Origin: Paraspadella gotoi
Taxonomy: Eukaryota; Animalia; Chaetognatha
DNA length: 18,791 nucleotides
Direction: 5' to 3'
Assembly: GCA_051294375.1 (NCBI GenBank)
Contig: JBJCIZ010000396.1
Location: forward strand, 1 to 18,791
A program made the position numbers and the translations under genes. The notes beneath the pieces are model-generated. The model had not been told where the DNA came from, searched no databases, and saw only the letters and a program-made list of their open reading frames with translations. Position 1 is the stretch's first letter; every line of letters begins with the position of its first letter. Of the stretch, positions 1-9,974 are shown piece after piece.

Positions 1-223
1 TCAAGTGTCATGTGCTCATTTAAACGAAATCGTTCCTCAATTAAAGAAAAATTCTCGTGGGAATAAAAATTTTATTCATCAAGTGATATATTACTATATT
101 TTCAACTTTTCACAAAATGTTTATTTTACGTCCGGCCCCCCTCGACCCCCTACCTCGCCCGCCTCCCCAAGGGCCGCGGATGTTTTTTATCGTCGCCATC
201 CGCGCCTTTTTATATCCGGGCAG

Positions 224-365
224 GTGCGCAGATTGCCGCAGGTTGCTGCAGCAGGAATTCGGTCGCTCGAGTCCGGCGCTTGGCGGCGGCGGCGTCTACA
301 GCGTGGTTATGGGGACGAGAGGGCGGGAGAACGACGCTTCTCCGTTCGGTTCACCGTTTCCATGA
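224..365 (+). CDS. Candidate terminal exon of unknown product (competes with the minus-strand candidate)
   Basis: Acceptor cctttttatatccgggcAG; reads xCADCRRLLQQEFGRSSPALGGGGVYSVVMGTRGRENDASPFGSPFP*; 32 of 46 codons end in G/C. No family recognised. Confidence 0.3.
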
Positions 366-457
366 TCAACCTCCCGTCGTTGGAATCCGTCGTCACGCTT
401 TTCTCATTTTTTCTTCCAGCCGTGTTCAACACGGGCGCCCGCCGACCGACGCGGCAG
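355..457 (-). CDS. Candidate degenerate Ig-domain exon (B to E strands)
   Basis: Poly-T acceptor ttttttttcactcggcaagcAG, then xCRVGRRAPVLNTAGRKNEKSVTTDSNDGRLIMET, with a possible donor ACG|GTgaac. It resembles C-x-V-x-G-x-P-x-P-x-x-x-W-x-K-N...DG-x-L-I, but the expected Trp codon (forward cca 416-418) is 1 nt out of frame. Confidence 0.35.
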
Positions 458-581
458 CTGCTTGCCGAGTGAAAAAAAAAAAAAACTGCAGCCTGCTGCC
501 GCTTCGCCTCGGTTGTTGCAGCTCCGTGGCCACCACCCAAAAAAAACGAGTTTCACTTTCTTTCTGCCCATGAAGGAGGAG

Positions 582-585
<4 letters not shown>

Positions 586-631
<46 letters not shown>

Positions 632-677
632 GGAGAGAGGAGAGAGAGAAAGAGAAGAGAGAAGAGAGATAGAGAGA
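586..677. repeat. (GA)n microsatellite with degenerate tail
   Basis: Pure GA run at about 586-628, then imperfect GA. Confidence 0.95.
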
Positions 678-2691
678 CCGTACATACAGAGAGAAGCATT
701 TCAGCTTTAAACAAGATTAGCTTCCCGTCGTTGGGACGACAAAGTTTTGATCGATCCATAGGCGCGTGGTGACAGGTTGTACCCACTTTCCTACTTTGGC
801 GGCGCACATTCACAACCGCCGCGCCCCACAGTGATCGAAATGAGGTTTTTTCTCGGAAAAACTATGCCTATAGTGCAATTAGTTGTTTTTTACTAGGTTG
901 TTATGATTGTAAGTAGTTATATTTTAAAAAACTTTATTCGTTACCTTATAAAATGGTAAATATGTTTGTATGATTTTTTTTAAATTTTGGGTAAAAAAGA
1001 GAAAATAATTCTATCATGTTTTCTTAGATCGTTTCCTGAATTTTTTTTTAGTAAAAACAGTAAGAGAACAATTCTAAACAGCTAAATTGTCGTATTAAAT
1101 TAATCAAGTATCTATATTATGTTTTAGTTTCCATCACAGCTTTCTAGTTTTTAATATTATTTTTATAATTTCCTTCACAAAAATTTTTTATGGCCCGACG
1201 TACTCCATGTTTGAGTTGATTTACGTTCGAAAACGTAAACAAACTAAAATTGTCATTAACAAGGACAAAAAAAAATGTCTAGAAGAAGCGTCGGGTCAAA
1301 TACCATTGCAGTGACTCAAAAATAATAAGAATTTAGAAAAAAATTCAAGACGTGTTTTTGTGAGAAGAGAAAACATATATTAACGAAAAAACAGAGTAAA
1401 AATCAAAAAGGTAAAAAAAAATAACAACAACAACAAAACAAATACGTATTTACATGGGCTGAAAAGGTCAGCCCATAACAGGTCATTCTGTTTTGATATG
1501 AACGGTCATTCTTACTGACCACTACGGGTCATAAAGTACAAAGACTTTGTCGTCGTCTTCGTTAATATATTCGTCGTCGGTTTGTTCGAATCATTTGAGT
1601 TCCTAAACTTTCTTCTTTTGTCATTTTTTTGCTTTTTATTTTTTTTTCCTCAGAGTTATAAATTGTCCTAGTTAAGAACTAAGGTTTTTCTTTTTTCAAA
1701 TTAAAATTTTCTTTAAAAAAATTTGTACAAAATAATTAGTTGTATCGAATTTTTGTAAAAAAAATTATTTCAAAAATCATTTGGTTATAAACTAACCATG
1801 CCGGACAGCGGCGGACAAAAAGTCAAATATGGGAGCTTTCTGATGATGTGAATCATTAATGCAATGGAAATGGCCGTGCTTCCGCGTGGCTTTCCATATA
1901 GACTTTAGGCTAGTATTTGAAACTTATATACAGTAAAATGCTGTTTAAGCAATTTATAATTCAGTCTATGCAAACTATCCAGTATTGACATGAGTAAAAA
2001 AAAATTAGGTTTTTATCTAGTTAAAACGTTATACAAATAAACAAAACAAGTGAGCTCCAAAAAAAAGAAAAGCCTATATCTCCGATATGAATAATTTTTA
2101 CAACCCGATATCATAAGACAGTGTTCTTGTGATACACCTGGACGGATTAAACGAAAAATTATTACATATGATGTACCCACCCTTTTCCGAGTAAAAAAAA
2201 TATTTCGATGACTGTGCGCCCCCCCCGGTCTTCAGCCGGCTCTTTTAATTTCCGATACCACCCGGCTTTCGTTCTGCCGCGTCATCTTTCTTTATTTCCA
2301 CAGTATTAAAAGTATTGACAGAATTGTAAAATTAAAATATAAGTACGGTCATCTGAGCAGAATAAAACCTTTTTAAAAAAAAAATATTTTATATGTATAG
2401 TTTTTTTATTATCGGTGACAGACCGGAATCAGAAAAAATCGTTTTGTTTTCGCCCACTTGTCATCATGTGGAAAAGTTGAATAAGTATACCTATCTTTTC
2501 TGTGCTCATAATGCTTTAAAAGTTTTAAAGACACAAATTGCGTTACTTTCGTGATAATCCTAATTAAAGTAGCTTGAGGATACGAGCGGATTTCCCCTCC
2601 GCCTTGTTGTCACTGGATGCGTTGGATGCCCTTTCTAAACTCGCGGCCATAACCATAACTTCCTCCATGGCCTCCAGCCCCCGAAGCTCAC

Positions 2692-2757
2692 CAACCCCCC
2701 ACTTTCCGACTCCCTGTCTCGCCCCTCTCCTTCCTGGAGGCCGCAGTAATAAACGCC
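2692..2757 (-). CDS. Candidate small exon starting with an Ig F-strand motif (GVYYC)
   Basis: aaatcAG|GGC GTT TAT TAC TGC ... TTG|GTGAGC; 66 nt, phase 0-0, GVYYCGLQEGEGRDRESESGGL. The donor is good and the acceptor mediocre; residues after the Cys do not fit the Ig consensus. Confidence 0.35.
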
Positions 2758-3867
2758 CTGATTTATCCATCGCGGTTAAAAACGCGCGGCAAAGAAGCGG
2801 ACGCGAGAGAGAAAAAAAAGCGGATTATAAGACGAAAGAAGCGGAGAAAAAAAAGCAGAAAAAAAAAAAGCATCGAAATTTAAAGGCGAGAAGAAAAAGA
2901 AAAAAAAAAAACGGAAGCAAATTTAATCGAATTGAAAACGAAGAAGGAAAAAAAAAAAATATATAGGAAATTGTGGCGAAAGGAAAAAAAGTAATAAACA
3001 ATAAGAACAACAACAACAACAAATAACGACGACGACGACGACAACACAACGACTGAATCCAACAGAATATAAGGGAAAAAGATAAAAGGCAGAAATGAGA
3101 AAAGAGAATTTTTGGTCAGTTTATATTTTTTTTCTGCATGATCGCAAAAAGTAGTTTTTTTTTTTTCACGAGAGAAATTTGACGGCTAAAGCCGACTTCT
3201 GTTTGTTATATTGAACGCATCAGGTGGGAAACGGCAAAACACATTAAAAAAAAACTTGGGGGGGGGGGAGAAAAAGGGGAAAGAAGAGAAAAATGATCAG
3301 ACTATAAAAAAAGTTTAGCAACAACAATGCCGGATCTGCCCACGATCATTAGCGGAAAGCGGCGAATTAAATATTTAATCTATTAATTAGTTGATTAATT
3401 AATTTAATTTTGATTGAATCGTCCGCTTGGAAAATGAGTTTAAATATGCAAAAAAAACAACAAATGTAAAAAATTACAATTGAATCGCTCCATTGGACGG
3501 ACATCGCGAATTTTTTTTTGCCTATTTATATAATTCGATGTTCCTGAATGATTCAAGTGAAATGATTTTGGTTGGGACCGAGGACCGACAAAGTGAATTT
3601 TAATTGTCGAATCTACTGCGAGCAGATCCGACTAAAAAGAAAAAAAAAAAAGAGAAGAAAAAAAAAAACCATGGCAACGCAAAAAAAAAAAAAAAAGAAA
3701 GAAAGAAAAAGAAGGAAAAAACAGAGAAAAGAGGAGAAATGAAAGAAATAGGATGGCATAATAATAAACAAGAGGAAAGAAATATTGGCTTCCCCCGAAA
3801 CTCCTCTTTTCACTCAAACAGGAAAATATAAAAATCGCGTCGACCCTCTTGCGCTTTGCGGGGGGGA

Positions 3868-3887
3868 GGAAAGAGGGAGAGAAAGTG

Positions 3888-3960
<73 letters not shown>

Positions 3961-4030
3961 GGAGAGGAGAGAGAGAAGGGGGAAAGTGAGAGAGAAAGAG
4001 AGAGAGGGAGAGAAAGAAAAGAAAAGAAAG
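3868..4030. repeat. (GA)n microsatellite and purine tract
   Basis: Pure GA run at about 3892-3957 within a purine-rich block. Confidence 0.95.
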
Positions 4031-4172
4031 AAAAACGTATGTGAGATTCCTTCTCCGTATTGTGTGATTTAATAGTATGAAAGGTTAAATTCAAACATTT
4101 CTCATTTATTAATTTATCATAAATTAAAATAGTCAAATTACGATTGTTTTTCTCTGTGGTTTGTCTTTTCTA

Positions 4173-4276
4173 CCCTCTCTCTCTCGCTCTCTCCTATTCT
4201 CACTCTCGCTATCTTTTCGCCTACATTTGTTCTTTCCTTCCTCCGTCCTCTCTCCCTTCCATTTTCCTCACTCCAA

Positions 4277-4358
<82 letters not shown>

Positions 4359-4378
4359 CTCTCGTCTCTCCCTCCCTC
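4173..4378. repeat. (CT)n microsatellite and pyrimidine tract
   Basis: CT run at about 4284-4363 within a pyrimidine-rich block. Confidence 0.95.
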
Positions 4379-4604
4379 GCGACGTAAACACCGACGTTAT
4401 TTACGGCGCCCTCCAATCGCGTGGGTCGACGAAAAAAAAAAATTTAGAAAAGTGGGCGTGAGCCGGTGAGTGAGGGACAGAGAGCATGAAAGAGAGAAAT
4501 GATTGACTAATAGAAAGATGAATATGGCGGGAAACAAAGAGAGGAGGGAAGAAGAATCGACGGATTTGAGATGGCGACTCTCGAAAAAGTAATGAGTCAA
4601 CGAC

Positions 4605-4674
<70 letters not shown>

Positions 4675-4910
4675 GAGGAGGGGTGGGGGAGAGAGCCATA
4701 AGAAAAGAGAAGAGAGAGGAAGAGAGAGAGAGAGAGAGGGAGTGAGAGTATGAGAAGAGAGAGAGAGAGATGGGAGGAGGTGGGGAGAGAGTGAGACTGA
4801 CCTGAGCCATTAAGAAAAGGAGAGAGAGAGCGATGAGAGAGAGAGAGAGAGAGAAAAGAGAGAGAGAGAAAGAAAACAGAAAGACAAAGAGACAAAGAGA
4901 CAGAGACAGA
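4605..4910. repeat. Compound GA-rich tract with two copies of a ~40-50 bp unit
   Basis: gagatgggaggag...gtggggagagag...gagccat(t)aagaaaag at about 4668-4707 and about 4767-4820. Confidence 0.85.
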
Positions 4911-4920
4911 GCGGACTGAC

Positions 4921-5028
4921 CTGCGCGCCCTCGCTGAGAGTAATGTTGCTGGGCGGGGCGACGATCGTGAGCGCCGCCGTCGAGAACCACGCGAATCAAC
5001 TTTTCCGCCATCCCGACTCGTTTTCCGC
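4921..5028 (-). CDS. Next exon of the same Ig-domain gene (end of one Ig domain and start of the next); contains an in-frame TGA or a compensated frameshift
   Basis: Acceptor ctcccttcccccgcAG, donor CAG|GTCAGT, 108 nt, phase 0-0, matching the upstream exon across a 533-nt intron (5029-5561). The spliced read is YRCQ|AENESG...STAALTIVAPPSNITLSEGAQ, fitting C-x-A-x-N-x-x-G followed by an A/A'-strand PPSNITLSEG. TGA lies at 4996-4998 in this frame, while the shifted frame gives GMAEKLIRVV, a typical G strand. Confidence 0.75.
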
Positions 5029-5561
5029 CTGCGGGGGAAGGGAGATCGTCCTCATTTATTGTAAATAGTCCATTGTTAATACGATTAATTAATTAATAAT
5101 ACGATTAATAGTGGTTCAGGTCTCCTTTTTAATAATAAATCATGCATGGTTGTGTTTGCTTGGTTAACGATTTTTGATGAGTTAATAAAATATTTAAATT
5201 GACTCAATGATATTTGGACTCGTCGTGATAAGGAACTTGTTTGAAGAATAGAATACAGTTTGAGGTTGTCAAGTCAAGTCAATCGTCCCCCATTTCTTCT
5301 CGTTAAGGCTCAGTAAATAAAAGAAAATATTTTCTTCTTACCAAGTACATCAACTTTTAATATCAGTTCTAGCAACGAGCTTTGATTGGGAAAGCATGAA
5401 TCTGATTTCGACGGAAAGCATGAATGAACCTACTAGTTTTCATCGAGACGTTAAATTACATATTGTACCGACACGGACGGCCGAATCGTACAAGATTCCT
5501 ATTTTTTTTTTCCTTCGTGCGGAACCGTCGTCGCGGCGACACAATCGCTCGCACGAATCAC

Positions 5562-5670
5562 CTGGCAACGGTAGACGCCGCCGTCGCCGGCCGCCACAGC
5601 TCCGACGATGAGTTCCCCTCGAGGATCGACGGTGAGACGCGGCGCCGTGGAAGCGAAGGGGCGATCGTTC
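5562..5670 (-). CDS. Internal exon of an immunoglobulin-superfamily (I-set-like, tandem Ig) protein, C-terminal half of an Ig domain
   Basis: Minus strand has acceptor cccttatttcctatccacccgtccggaacAG and donor CAG|GTgatt. The 109 nt (1 nt + 36 codons) read xNDRPFASTAPRLTVDPRGELIVGAVAAGDGGVYRCQ, with an R-L-T-V..G-E-L-I D/E-strand pattern and the D-x-G-x-Y-x-C F-strand motif. 26 of 36 codons end in G/C against an AT-rich background. Family assignment is by motif recognition, not a database search. Confidence 0.85.
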
Positions 5671-6264
5671 CTGTTCCGGACGGGTGGATAGGAAATAAGG
5701 GCGGAAGGGGGGTGGCCTTATCTTTCATGTCGTCGTTATCAATCGCATGCTTTTCATCGCTGCGTTATTTTTTTCTTTTTCTCATCATAAAATGGATGAT
5801 TTTTTTTTGCTCCTTGGCATTTGTTTTGGGGGGGGGGTCAAGCAGATTTACGGTACTCGATTAAAACGCTTTTCGGGTCGGATGTAGTTGATTTATTGTA
5901 TATTATGTTAATCTATTTGGCTTTCTTACTTTATCTTTTCTCATCAATTTATCTATTTTAATTTATTTTTTAAAAATTGAAAAAATGGGGGAAAAAAAAA
6001 CTAATATCGTCGTGAATATGAGTCTCAATCCAGAATATGTTTAATTGTTACATTCGTAAAAATTTTTCTAAAGGCTCCTTTAACAAAGGGCTAGCGCTTT
6101 ATTAATTTTTCTCCAATTTAATCTCGATTAGCTTTTGAAAAAAAAAAGTTACAAAGGTGCATCAATAAATTTTTCATTAGGATTTTTTTTCTCTTATCAA
6201 CTCGCCCCGGCCCTTTTGAATACCGAGGTTAGCCAATCTCTCGGGTGTTAAATTCACGCGGTGA

Positions 6265-6622
6265 GTGAGAGAGGTTGAGAGAGAGAGAAAATCGGGACGA
6301 GAAGACCCTGGACAGGGAACAACGAGAGAAGCGGTGAGATAGGACGGGAGGAGCGAAAGAAGACGGAAGAAAAAGGAGAGAGAGCGGGGGGAGAGAGGAG
6401 AGGAGTGAGAGGGAGATGACGAGAGAGGGCACAGGACAGGGAGGACGGAACGAGATGAGAGGAGAGAGGAAGGAGGAGAGAGAAGAGGGGGAAGAGAGGG
6501 AGGGAGGAGACGCGGAGAAGACAGAGAAGAGAGACTTCGCGGAAGAGAAAGAGAGAGGAGAGGAGAGAGGGGGCGGAGAGAGGGAGATGAGAGGAGGAGT
6601 GGGAGGAGAGAGGAGGAGGAGA
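6265..6622. repeat. Degenerate polypurine (GA/GGA) low-complexity tract
   Basis: Dominated by A/G on the + strand. Confidence 0.85.
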
Positions 6623-7048
6623 TCAGCCGTCAAGTCAGGTCCGGAAACGGAAATGAGAGATCGGACTGAGGGATTTGTTTGGTTTGTTTATATCTAGAAC
6701 TTCTGCGAATATCAACAATACACCCGGATTTCATTCATTAGATTGAATTAATCATTCGTTTTTTTTTTTAGTCGCGCGATTTTTAAGTTTATGTTTATGT
6801 TAATGTTTATGTATATGGTATATTATTTTATCATCGTTCTACCAAGTTGTTTGGCTGGTCCGAACTTTTAGCCCAGATGGACGGAGTAGAGTGACTCCAG
6901 GTTTAAGAGAATCTAGGAAAATTAAAAAAAAGGCAAAATTTATAAGCCGTTAAATGGTAATAACTAAATGAGAGAAAAGCCAGGAAACGAGCTAAACTCT
7001 AAATCTCTACTTCCTTCTCTCTTTTCTACAAAGTTAGCCTGTTTTAAG

Positions 7049-7091
7049 GCCGAATTTTACGCCCAACAGCCCACCACTCTCCGAGATACAG
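7049..7091 (+). CDS. Candidate micro-exon, unknown product
   Basis: gttttaAG|GCC...ACA G|GTcaga; 43 nt, AEFYAQQPTTLRDT, phase 0-1. Splice signals only. Confidence 0.2.
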
Positions 7092-7204
7092 GTCAGACTT
7101 GTCGACAATGTTCTGCAACGTCGTCTGAATTCCTTCCCCTCTTTTATCTCCCTTTCTATTTATTAATTCTCTTATCTTTCTTATCTATCTCTTTCTTCCA
7201 TTCA

Positions 7205-7218
7205 CTCTCTCTCTCTCT

Positions 7219-7267
<49 letters not shown>

Positions 7268-7292
7268 CTCCTCCCCCTCTCTCTCTGTCTCT
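7205..7292. repeat. (CT)n microsatellite
   Basis: Directly visible CT repeats. Confidence 0.95.
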
Positions 7293-7596
7293 GTTAGGTC
7301 GACGCCAGCCCAAGACTTAAATAATCTAATTAAGCCTCGTGTCTTCTGCCGATGTCGCCTTGTTAGCAGTCTGTGCGTCGTTATTGTTGTTGTGCTTGAT
7401 TACGATTTTCTCTCTACGACGTCGATCCCCAGTTTTGGTTGTTTGTTGTTTTTGTCCTCGTGAACGTCGATGTTTGTCATGGGGGGGTTTCTGTTAAAGG
7501 AGGTGGCGATTGGGGTGCTGGGGTTGGAGGGGAGATGGCGTGTTGAAAAAAAAACTCGATAGGAGGAAACACCTTCGGATTCTTTCTTTCTCGCAG

Positions 7597-7644
7597 GGAC
7601 ACATCTCGATGAGAGCCAAGATGAGCCTTTGCAAGCGTGTGCAT
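7597..7644 (+). CDS. Candidate 48-nt exon, unknown product
   Basis: Strong acceptor ttctttctttctcgcAG and donor CAT|GTAAGA. Open as GHISMRAKMSLCKRVH (phase 0) or xTHLDESQDEPLQACA (phase 1, compatible with 7049-7091). Confidence 0.4.
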
Positions 7645-7649
7645 GTAAG

Positions 7650-7685
7650 AAAGAGAGAGAGAGAGACGGAGAGGAGAAGAGAGAC

Positions 7686-7735
<50 letters not shown>

Positions 7736-7790
7736 GAGAAAATTGATAACGCCACTTCTCCTGCAAAGAGGAAGAAGAGAAGAGAGGAAA
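7650..7790. repeat. (GA)n microsatellite and purine tract
   Basis: Directly visible GA repeats. Confidence 0.9.
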
Positions 7791-8944
7791 TATAAAATAT
7801 AAGGGAGAAAAAGAATCGAAAAGAAATTATTCTAGCGACAAAAACACAAAAAGAAATTATTTAAAAAAAAAAACAAAGGGTCCAAAGAATGTATGTATAA
7901 AGTAAGTGAAATTGATAAAGATAAAGAACTGAATAAGAAAATAAGAGAAAGAAACACAGCGTCAAAGAGAAAGGAAAATAAAAAAAAAGGAAAGGAAAGC
8001 TGCGAAAGGAAAAAAGTTATAAAAAAAAGAAGGAAAAACCACCGCAAAGATTAAAAAAAAGGTAAGAAAAAGAAAGAAAAATGTGAGGTGAGAGAAAGCC
8101 GAAGTAGTTGGAATGGGCATTGTTTTTGCTTGGAGAGAGATCAATGTTACAGATTGCCAGGCGAAGAGGACGCCATGAAGTTGTTTCCCAGGAGACCAGC
8201 AGGTTTTTTCGCCAGTTGTCGTCGTCGTCGTCTCCTCTTGTATTCTTTTGAGAGGAAAACCGAAGGTCGCTGAACTTCGCCAAGCCATAAACGAAATCCT
8301 GCATTCTCCTAAGACATTTGATAGCAAAGTTAAATAAGGCGCTTTCGGTTTTAAGTTGCTACTTGGCGTGGGAAGAAGCGCTCGTTGGTCAATTTTGGTC
8401 TCAAGTCTGTCTGTCTGTCAGTGTAAAGTGTCCGGTTTAAGTTATGCTTGTCAACGCTTAGACAGCGTGACTAAACGAGGACGCTATTGTTTAAAGGCGT
8501 CATACTTCGTGTGTTGTGAAAATGTGTACCCACAATTGATTATTTTTTCATGCCTTTTAAAAATTAAAGATATTTAGAATAATCAGCTCGCAAACAAATG
8601 ATCAAGTCTTTAGGACTAACATCAGTCTAACTCCTATTGATGGAAAAATAAAAACTCTCTTTCCCGTCAAAGCAGAGCTTGAAACGAAAAAATAAAAAAA
8701 AAAAAAAATAAAAAAAAAAAAGAAATTGGCTCAAGTTCTTTTCTCCGCAAAATCTCTAACTTTGTTTTCGACGCTGAATATTGTTTTCTGATTCCATTTG
8801 TTTTTCTTTCCCTCGTCTTTTCGTCGTCGTTTTCTTTCCGTCGCCTTTACGTTTATGCTGTTGTTGTTTATCTCGTAGTCGTCAGAGCAGAACAGCGACA
8901 AAAGCGTTTTTCTGACGCCCTCGTAGCCCCGAGGTTTCGCAAGC

Positions 8945-9308
8945 CTTTTCCCTCCCCCCACGTCCCCTCTCCTATTTACCCATTTTGCTCTCCTCTGTTC
9001 CCCTCCTTCCCAAGCCTCACTCGATTGCCTCCTTTCTTTTCTCCTCCTTTCCTTTTCCTCCCTTTAACTTTTCTCCCCTCTCCTTTCCTTCCCATTTACT
9101 ATTCTCCTCCTTTCCTTTCTCTACCCCCGATTACTATTCTCCTCCTTTCCTTTTCCTCCCCATTACTATTCTCCTCCTTTTCTTTCCTCTCCTTACTCTT
9201 CTCCTCCTCCCCTTGGCCCTCCCTATTGCCTTTCCCTACCTTTACCTTCCCTTTCCCTTTACTCGCCGCTTCCCGCCCCCCAAACTTTTCTCTCCCTTCC
9301 CCCTTCCT
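8945..9308. repeat. Polypyrimidine tract containing a 3-copy ~32-35 bp minisatellite
   Basis: ttactattctcctccttt starts at 9096, 9131 and 9163. Confidence 0.9.
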
Positions 9309-9864
9309 GGCTCCCCGGACCATTGCCGACGACGTGATAACGATTGGCCCCTGGTAAGGCTCCCGTTACTGTCGCGATAACTGTCTCTCTTCTTACTGAG
9401 TTTTCAACTGGTTGTTTATGTTCGTTCTACGGGCGCGGAAAGAGAGGTTAGAACAGATAGAGGAGGGAGAGGAGATGGGAGTGAAGAGAGAGAGGGACGG
9501 CCGAGACCGTTTATAGTAAGTGGAGATTGATATTGAAAATGACAGGAATAAGAAAAAGATGAAAAAGGACGGAGGGTATTAGGAAAGAAAAGAGACGAAG
9601 GGACGGGGGGAACGGGTCGCGGCCGATTGTTTAATGCTACATAATATAACCATCATATATAAATTAATATAATAATATATTACAACCAATATAACAAAAC
9701 AATTTCGCAAATACGTATTCTACCAGCTACTTGTGCCCAACGAGTTACCAATATAGAGACATGCTTCAATATTCAATGCTTCATTGCTCCTTACCATTGC
9801 TCCAATGATATTCATAATTATTATTGCTCCTTTACACGTTGCTCCCTTTTTATCTGCTTCCCAG

Positions 9865-9968
9865 GATTTGTTTGCCCCCACCACTCCTTCATTGGGCAGT
9901 CGCCAGTCGAATGATCGGACAATTCGGCGCCGCGGACGTCGTGGAGAATCGAATCAGCGGAAAAAAAA
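9865..9968 (+). CDS. Candidate exon, unknown product
   Basis: Acceptor ccctttttatctgcttcccAG and donor AA|GTgact; a GC-rich island with two open frames (xICLPPPLLHWAVASRMIGQFGAADVVENRISGKK or DLFAPTTPSLGSRQSNDR...). Confidence 0.3.
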
Positions 9969-9974
9969 GTGACT

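Noticed and set aside
1864-1897. Small hairpin ATGGAAA...TTTCCAT (similar short stems at 4379-4409 and about 14610-14631)
   Set aside because: Short imperfect stems are expected by chance; no ncRNA hallmarks.
4996-4998. Selenocysteine interpretation of the TGA
   Set aside because: Not at a Cys position of the Ig fold, flanking residues fit better in another frame, and no SECIS can be assessed.
4397-5011. 204-aa minus-strand ORF starting MAEKLIRVV
   Set aside because: Only the first residues overlap the Ig exon; the rest runs through the donor into CT microsatellite.
5424-5864. 146-aa plus-strand ORF
   Set aside because: Antisense shadow of the minus-strand Ig exon, which has the splice sites and motif.
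8100-8410. Coding-looking island with several open frames on both strands
   Set aside because: No frame has a recognisable motif together with good splice sites.
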